From the IMG/VR virus record IMGVR_UViG_3300031519_000226, positions 1 to 24,014 of that record: a stretch of 24,014 bases of DNA; one strand, 5' to 3'. The position numbers were made by a program, and so were the translations under genes. Below are positions 1-9,000 of the stretch, piece after piece (the stretch's first letter is position 1; the number at the start of each line of letters is the position of its first letter). A model generated the notes under the pieces. It searched no databases and was not told the origin of the DNA. It saw only the letters and a list, made by a program, of their open reading frames with translations. The stretch comes from a virus. Taxonomy: Duplodnaviria; Caudoviricetes.

Positions 1-3000
1 ACGTGTTGTGCATCGATATTAAACAATGCGCCAACGAAAGATCTAGCTGCTTTATCAGAACCTACTGTACCAACACTCGGATCAATTACGCGACCGTTAA
101 AGTCGTTTTGCATAACTTTAAGGAAGTTAAGTCCATCACGATAAGTCTTAGGTAGATCGATAAACTTGTAAGTAGAAGTAATAAAGCGTTGAACTTCGCG
201 TTGTAACATAGTCTTGTTATTATTAAGAATAGTTTTAGCAAACCTATATTCTTTATTAGTTTCCCATTCGAAGTTAGGTTCATTAACTGGTCCAAGCGCT
301 GTTTGAGTATTGTAGAACATTACGTTGTGTAAAATATCTCCAAGTTTAATTGCTTGTGCTTCTTGTGTAGTCGTACCTAATTCTGAACGAATTGCTTGGC
401 CTGCAAGTTTACCAATAACTACTTGACTTACAATCTTACCAAGTTGGCGATAAGCTTTAGCTGTTGCTACTCTTGTATCTTCAGGAATTCGTAATTCGTT
501 ATTCCAGTAATAGAAGTCTGCATTCCATCTAGTTGCAAGGTTACCACCATAGTTGAGATCCCAACTCATAGCATCGATAATGTAACCAGCATCTCTACGA
601 CACTTGGCTTTTGAGTAATCAATGATTGTGAATGTATCTTTTAAGAACTTAGTTATATCATCAGCTAATTCGTCGAGATTATCATCAATGATTCTGCCTG
701 CTTCTACTTTTGAAGCATTGACCCAAGATGTATTTGGCTCAACGATTGCTGGTAGACCATCTGTGCTATCTCTTCTTATTGCATTTTCTACAATTCTTAC
801 TAAGTCAGCAACTTCTTCACCTTCAACTGCTGTCGCATTTGTATTTGTTGTATCTTGAGTAGTCCAAGTTCTTACAGCTTTCTTAAGGCCTTCAGTAGTT
901 GCACTTACAAATGTGTGAACACCTGAGTATGAAGCTGCAGCTCCGACCCACATAGTGATTACATTACCTTCGACATATAAGATCGGGCAAGGTTGGTCAT
1001 AATACGGATGATGTGCTTCAGGAACAGCGTGGTTAGTTGCACCAGAACCAGTATCACAAGAGAATGTGAAGCTTGCAGGTTCAAACGATACGTAATCACC
1101 AATTTCAAGACCATGTCCTGCATCAATAGTTGCAGTAAAGTAACCAGTATCTGGATCGTATGTAGCGTCGGTTGAAGTAAACCCTGTTTGATATGTTGTC
1201 TGACCTTGTACAATTGCTTCAACAACTTTTGCCATTTCAGTAAAGAATTTAGCAGTTTGTTGTCTCTGATCTACTGGTAGTATCGAAGTTGATCCTTCGA
1301 AGTACAATCCAGCAGTCATTAACATTGCATAGTTTGTTGTATAGTTAACATCGTGTGAAAGAGAATCGATCATAACACCAACATCTCTACGACACTTTTC
1401 TTTAGAATAACTGATACCGTTATACGTTTCGCTGATATAGATTTGTAGATCTTTAGCCATTTGAATAGAGTTGTCATCTATTGCGTTTTTAGCAGTAATC
1501 AAATCAGCATGAACCCAATTTGTATTAGGATCAATTCTTGATGGGATATTCGCTGGACTATTATCGTCTGCAACTTTCGCTAACATAGTTGCTAAGTTCA
1601 TAGCTTCAGCTGATATAGTTCTTCTTGCAGCTCTATATTTCATTTCTTGTCTTACAGTGTTACCTGTAATATGTGTAATCGCATTCATTGTTGCGCTTAC
1701 GAATGTATGTGCTCCACCACCTCTACCGTAAGGAACTTTTCCAACGTTCATAGTGATTGTTGTTCCGGTTCTTGCAGTGATTTTCATCGGTGCATTATAA
1801 TAAGGATGATGAGCTTCAGGCGCAGGATGCTGATGCAGGTTGCCATCTAACGCACAGGTGAAGACAATACTCTCAGGTGCAATCATAATGTAATCGCCTA
1901 CCTTAAGATTGTGGTTAGCCATGGTAGCTGTGAAGATGCCTGTGTCTGGATCGTATGTTGCACTAGATGGTGTAAATTTACGACCTTCTTTGCGAGGAAC
2001 AGCTTCGTTACGAATAACGTGGTTAACAATTTTACCTAAGTGTTCGAACGCTTCTCTTGTTGATGAACGTTGATCTGCTGGTAAAATATTAACAGCGTTT
2101 TTGAAGTAAAGCTCTGCAGTGCCGTGCATCGCAGCGTTACCACCGTATTGAATATCGTGTGATATTGCATCAACAATATAACCTGTGTCTCTTCTGCAAC
2201 GATCTTCGTCATACTCGAGATAACCAAAGTTTTCTCTTAAGTAATTTGTGATTGTAGCTTGTAGATTATCTTTGCGAGATCCTACAAGTTCAGCTTCTGT
2301 TTCGTACAGATAACCATCAGCACCAGCAGTTGCAGTTTTTGCTTCAACAAGTTGTGGCATATTGATAAGAGAGTCATCAGCGATTAAGTCACCAACTATT
2401 TTCCACAATGATGTGATATGTTGCGCTACTGGTGCAGTTACAACTCCGAATGAAGTATTTTGTACTGCTGCGTTTCCAGTAGATTTTGAAACTGTTTGTT
2501 TAAGAACGATTTGAGAAGCTACTGCACTTAAGTGTGTATATAAAGCTGCAGTTGGAGCTCTTTGAGCCGCACTTAATGTTGACAATCCGTTTTCAAAGTA
2601 TAGTTTAGCAACATCTAACATTGCTGAATTTGATTCGTGTTGTGTATCGTAAGCTACGGCATCAACCATGATACCAGTATCTCTTTGGCATTTAGCAACG
2701 TCGTATGACAATCCAGGATAATTCACATCAATCCAAGCAGTAGCTTCAGCTTGCATGAATGCTCTGTTTAATTGTAAACCTGTGCGAGCATCGAAGTGAT
2801 TGTCTGAAACATGACCTATACCAAAACTGTAATTTGTTCCGTCTGGAGTATAGTCATTGACCATCGCGTCGATAATATTACTGAAGGAAATCTGTGCTCT
2901 AGATAGTGCTACACCGGAAAGCTGTGCTTCGATGTCTTTTTGTACATATTGAATTCCTTCAATTGTTTCGGCAAGTTGGTCTTGAATAACCTTGTCGGCT

Positions 3001-6000
3001 CCTACAGTACCAATTCTGTATGATTTTCCGATGTACTTACCATTATATGTTGAACCTGTTTGAACATCTCTTCTAACAGCATCGATAATAAATCCAGCAT
3101 CTCTTGCGCACTTAGCTTCATCGAATGTATAGTTATTATCTTTAACAAACTGTATAATTTCTTCTTGAATAAATGTTCTATTCCATTGAAGAGATTTACG
3201 AGCGAATGTTCTGCTTGGTTCCATTTTTGGTTTAGTTACTAAATTCTCAGTAGGTAGATTAGCAGGAGTTTGCTGTGATATATCAAGTGAACCCGCATAA
3301 TCAGGAATAACTAATCTATCATCTACGATTGAGGATATAACGTTTGTTAATGTTTTGCCTAATGTCGCGGTTGTCGCATCAGCTGCAATACCAGACATAT
3401 TTTGAGAAGTAAGATTACCGTTAACTTCTTTAAGAGCGTTGCTCAATGCGCTCACAAATGTATGTACACCTGAATATGTTGCAGCAGCACCAACCCAAAG
3501 AGTGATGGTTGTTGCATCAGCACCAATGATTGGACAAGGCTTATTGTAGAATCTGTGATGTGCTTCGGGAACAGCGTGGTTAGTTGGTCCAGAACCAGTA
3601 TCACAAGAGAATGTAATTCCAACTGGTTCGAACCAAATGTAATCTGAAGTTGTTAGAGTATGCGAACCAATTGTTGCTACCATGATACCAGTATCTGGAT
3701 CGTAAGTTGCGTCAGTCGGTGTGAATTGCGCACCAAATGTTGGAAGCACTAATGTTTCAGATATTACATCTTCTACTATATCTGCAAGATGTGTAAACGC
3801 CAACTTAGTTGGTTTTCTTTGATACATTGGAAGTACGTTGATCGCACCTTCAAAGTAGTATCTTGCAGCGTGTACTGTTGCTGAGTCACCACCATATTCT
3901 AAATCTTCTGAGATAGCGTCAACAATATAGCCTACATCACGTGGGCATTTTCCTACGTTGTATGCTAAACCGTTATATTGCTCGTTGATATAAGTGATAA
4001 TTTCTTCTTGATATTTAGGAGCTGAACCTTGAACATTTTCATATTGAGCAACTAAAGTAGCATCGTAACCACCGCTTAATGAAGCGAAGTTAGGTTCGAA
4101 GATCTCAACGATTGTTCCGTCGTTCTCAAGGATTGTAGTACCAATATCTGCGAACAGTTTTTCCGCTGCAGTTGAAACTTTAGGGCCAACTGATCTTCTT
4201 ACTCCATCAGTTAATGCGCTTACGAATGTGTGAGCAGCATTGACATTTGCAGGTCCAACCTGTAAAGTAATAGTAGAAGCTGTTACAGAATCAATTCTAA
4301 CTGGTGTGTTAAAGATTGGATCTGACGGTCTTGGATGTGATAAGTTACCACCACCGTTGCTTGCACAATTTAGAGTAATAGCGTTTTCCGCGAAGATTAC
4401 ATAATCACCTTCAGTAAGTGTATGACCTGCCATTGTCATAGTCATTACACCTGAGATGTGATCGTATGCAACATTTGTTGGAGTATAAGCTTCTGACATA
4501 GTAGCTGCTTTAACAGCGTTAGCTGTTACACTTACAAATGCGTGAGGTGATTGTGGCTCATGCTTAATAGCGTTTGTAGTTGCTGATACGAATGTGTGTA
4601 CCGAACCTGCAGCTGAACCAGCATTACCTACGTCAATAGTGAATGTACCATCTTGACGTTTAATCGCGTCAGCGTTAGCTGATACAAATGTATGTGAACC
4701 TGTATAATCTGATGGACCAACATTTACTTTAAATGTGTTTGTTGTTACATCAGAAACAATTAACCAACGACCGGACGCATAATCTGTTGCTCTTGGATAA
4801 CCCTTTGAAACTGTGTTGTTATCCATGACGCATGTATAATTTAGTGAATAATCATCCATCATTATATAATCGCCGTTGCTAAATCCGTGCAATGGAATAG
4901 TAAGAACTGTATCACCGGTTGCTGCGCTATAAACCGCGTTTGTTGGTGTATGATTTGTTGAACCAACCGCAGTAATTGCTATTGATGCACCAGCGTATGG
5001 ATCTGATCCAACTCTTGGATAAGTATGTTGTGTTGCTCCACCGTCTTGATCACAAGTGAATGTGAACGAGTTGTTTTCTAGGACAACACTTCTACCAACA
5101 CCTAAACCGTGCTGACCAACAGTTACTATCATATCGCCAGTTGCTGCATTATAATCAGCTGCGCTTGGTGTGAAGTATTTGTTAGGACCAGAAGCTCCAA
5201 CATTAACTGTAACAGTATTCGTTGTTGTTTCTGTAATGTTTATTGAGCGATTTGCCATTGGATCGATTGATGGTCTAGGGTATGTTTTCTGAGCTACATC
5301 ACCGTCCATATCACAAGTGAATGTGAAAGAATTATCATCTAGAGTGATTCTATCATTAACGTTTAATGTGTGACCAGCCATTGTCATTACAAAGTCGCCA
5401 GTTGCTGGATCGTAAGTAGCTGTAGTTGGAGTATAAGCTTCAGTCTCAACTATTGTTTGTGTTACTACAACTTGAAGAGGAGTTACAACTTCGTTTCTTA
5501 TAATTTGACCAACTAATTCTGATGCAAACTTATAAGCTGCAGATGTTGGTGCAACTTCCTCGTCATCGAGAACCGGGATAGCATTTTCAAAATACAATCT
5601 TGTTTGGTTTGCAGTAGCTGCGTTTGAACCATGTTGAATATCCCATGATGCAAGATCAACGAATATACCCATATCTCTTTCGCAAGCAGCTGTGTTATAT
5701 ACGAAGTTAGGATACTCAGCTGTAATCCAAGCAATGATTTCTTTTTGGATAAACGATTTGTTAACTTGCAAAGCTCCGCGAGCTCGTCTTGCGTCATTTG
5801 AAACCGCTTTATCACCGAAGTAAACCGCGTCTGCATTAGCATTGCCGTTTGTCATGATATCGATGATTTCATCGAACGCTGAATTGGCTCTTGTCAAACC
5901 TGTTCCAGAAAGAAGATCGGTTCCTACTTGACCTTTAAGCCAAGTGATTGCACCAACAGTTTGTGTTAATTGGTTGTTAACAACATTATTTGCTCCAACA

Positions 6001-9000
6001 GTTCCTATACGATAACCTTTACCTGTGTAAACTGAGTTAACGTTTGATCCAGAAGCTAAGTCTCTTGAAACTGAATCTAGTATAAAGCCTGTGTCTCTTG
6101 AACACTTGTCTCTGTCGTAGATAAAGTAATTAGTGTCTAACCAAGAAACAACTTCGTCTTGGAGGAATTTCTTGTTTTTCTGTAACTGTCTTGCAGCATA
6201 TGTACCTTGTTGAGATGCGCCAACTTGTACAACTGCACCTTCGTCAGCACTTACAAAAGTATGTACGTCTGTGTTTGTTCCAGCATTTCCAACATTAATT
6301 GTTACTGTATCAGTCGTTACTGAGTCAACTTTTAACGGTAATTTGTATGCATAATCTCCGATACGTGGAGAGAAGTCGTTACCGCCACCGTTTGCAGCGC
6401 AACTAAACACGAAGCTTTGCGGTTGTAATTCGATATGATCGTCAGTAGTAAGACCGTGATTTGCAATAGTTACTACGAATACACCAGTAACTGGATCGTA
6501 TGTAGCATCTGTTGGTGTAAATGCTTTTAACACTTTTGCAGAGTCTGAGAAGAACAATGCGTTTGAGTCTATTGAGTCTTCAGTTGCTGATACGAAAGTA
6601 TGGTTGTTTGCGTGTCCACCAGCATTACCAACATTAACTGTAATAGTATTTGAAGTAATTGCTTTAACTCTTACAGGTTCTTTGTATGCAGGGTGATCGC
6701 TGAGTGGTGAAAGGTCTGTACCTACAACACCGCCAACATCACAACTAAATACCATCGACTCAGGTGCAATTTGGATCCATTTACCAACTGGTAAATCGTG
6801 GTTTCCTATTGTAACTTCTAAATCTCCAGATACTGGGTCGTATGACGCAGTCTGTGGAGTGAACTTGCCAGTCCACATTCCAGCTTCTCTGATTGCGTTA
6901 GTTGTTGCAGATACAAATGTATGCACTGATGTGTCGCTAGACTCACCAACATTAACTGTAATTGCTGTACTAGTTCTATCTGTAATCATTATAGGTTTTT
7001 TGTAAGCAGGATGCATTTTCTCGGCTTGCATACAATTGTCTGAAGCTGATACGAAAGTATGAACACCACCACCGTTAACAATACCGCCAACATTCATATA
7101 AATTTTAGTAGCATCCACTTTTGTGATTGTAATCTGTTTCTTGTAGAAAGGATGATGTGATTCTGGTGCAGGGTGATTAGTTACATCGTTATCTAACTCG
7201 CATGTAAATACTATTGAACTTGGTTTAAATTCAACTTTATCTCCAACTTTAAGAGTATGAGTTCCAATAGTTGCACTAAACTCTCCAGAAGCTACATCGT
7301 ATGTTGCTAGAGTAGGTGTAAAGTTTAAAAACTGTGTTGCAGGATAAGCATGCTTAGTAGCATTGCCATCTAATGCGCATGTAAACACTAAACTGTGAGG
7401 TTCAATATAAATTTCATCGCCAATGTTAAAGTCGTGTGAACCAATTGTTAAGTCTATAGAACCAGATGCTGGATCATATGCTGCTGCAGATGGTGTGTAC
7501 TTTTTACCGTTGTTGTTCAACAATCTTTTCATTTCGTCGAATGAGTCGTTTGATCTATCAACTGCTATTGAGTTATCACCTATAAACATTGCTGCTCTTG
7601 TTTTAAGATAATCAATAGATCCAACTGTTTGTACTAACTGGTCAGTAACACTAACTTCACCCGATTTAGTACGATAAGCCGCACCAGTTTGAATTGCGTT
7701 ATAGTTTGTACCAAGGATCATATCTCTTTGGACAGCAGGCAAGATATACTCTTCAGTATCTCTATGACACTTTTTACTATCATAGAAGTACCATTCGTTA
7801 TCGGCCCATTCCATCATATAATCTTGTACAAATTCTTTGTTAGCTTGAAGATGCTTGCGAGCATTACGCTTATCAGCAGATATTCCAGAGTTATCACTAA
7901 ACGTGATCGCGTTACCAATAACTGATACTGCGTTGTCTTTAGCTTCTACAAATCTATGTTCGAAGTTAGCTGCTGTTAAACCAGGATTAACTGTAATTGT
8001 TTTAGCTGATTTTGCAACAATTGGTAAAGCAGCTAAGTAAGCTTTTTCTGATTTGCGTGGGTGAGAAAGCTTAGTTTTAAAGTTGTCGCTTGAACACGTG
8101 AATGTGAAGCTTTCCTCAGCTAAGTTAACATAACGACCAACCTCAAGATTGTGAGTACCGATTGTGATAACCATCATTCCTGTTACAGGATCGTATGTTG
8201 CTTTAGTTGGAGTAAACTTATCACCAACATTGGAAATCGTATCAATAACAGTTGAGAATGCATCGTAAGCATCTTGTGCTGCTGGAGCAGAATTAGCTTG
8301 AATTAATTCGTCAGTAGTTTTGCGTAATCTTTTAAAAGAAGCTACAGTTTCGTTTCTTTGATTTTCTAAGCTTGTTCGTGCAGTGTTAACATAATAAGCA
8401 AGACCTGATGTTACAGCGTTATAGTTAGTATCAAGCATCATGTCATATTTTACTGCAGGTAAAATGTATTCTTGAACATCACGTTCACATTTTACGCTGT
8501 CATAAGCATAGAATTCTTCATTATTGTCGATCCAATCTACAAACTCGCTGATGATTAGGTCTCTGTTTTGTTGTACTACTTCGCGGGCTCCGGTTTGGTC
8601 AGATTTGCCAGTGTCACTAAAGATAATTGGATTAGCAGCTGCTTCACCATTTTCTAAAATGTTTAATGTTTCGTCAAGTGAAGTATTAATTCTTCCCTTG
8701 AGATCTGCACCTGAATATCCAAAGATACCACCGTTTACGCTAGTCATCGAGTCTTTAAGATGCACTATAGAACCAACTGTTTCGGTTAATTGTTCTGCTT
8801 TAACGACTTGTGATATAGGGCTACTATAAGATATGCCGTTTAAACGACCCCAATAGTTTGAGTTTGTCGCAATATCGTAACCAGTATTATCTACAAGAAT
8901 TCCTGTATCTCTAAAGCATTTGTCTGCGTTATAACCTTGATAACCTAAACCGCCAGAAGCTACATTGGCTGTGAGATGATAAACCATATCATCGACGATT

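Noticed and set aside
1009-3614. Possible DGR template/variable repeat pair or CRISPR-like repeat
   Set aside because: There are only two copies, both in-frame parts of homologous protein modules, with 3 mismatches. No reverse transcriptase, spacers or cas genes are present in the window.
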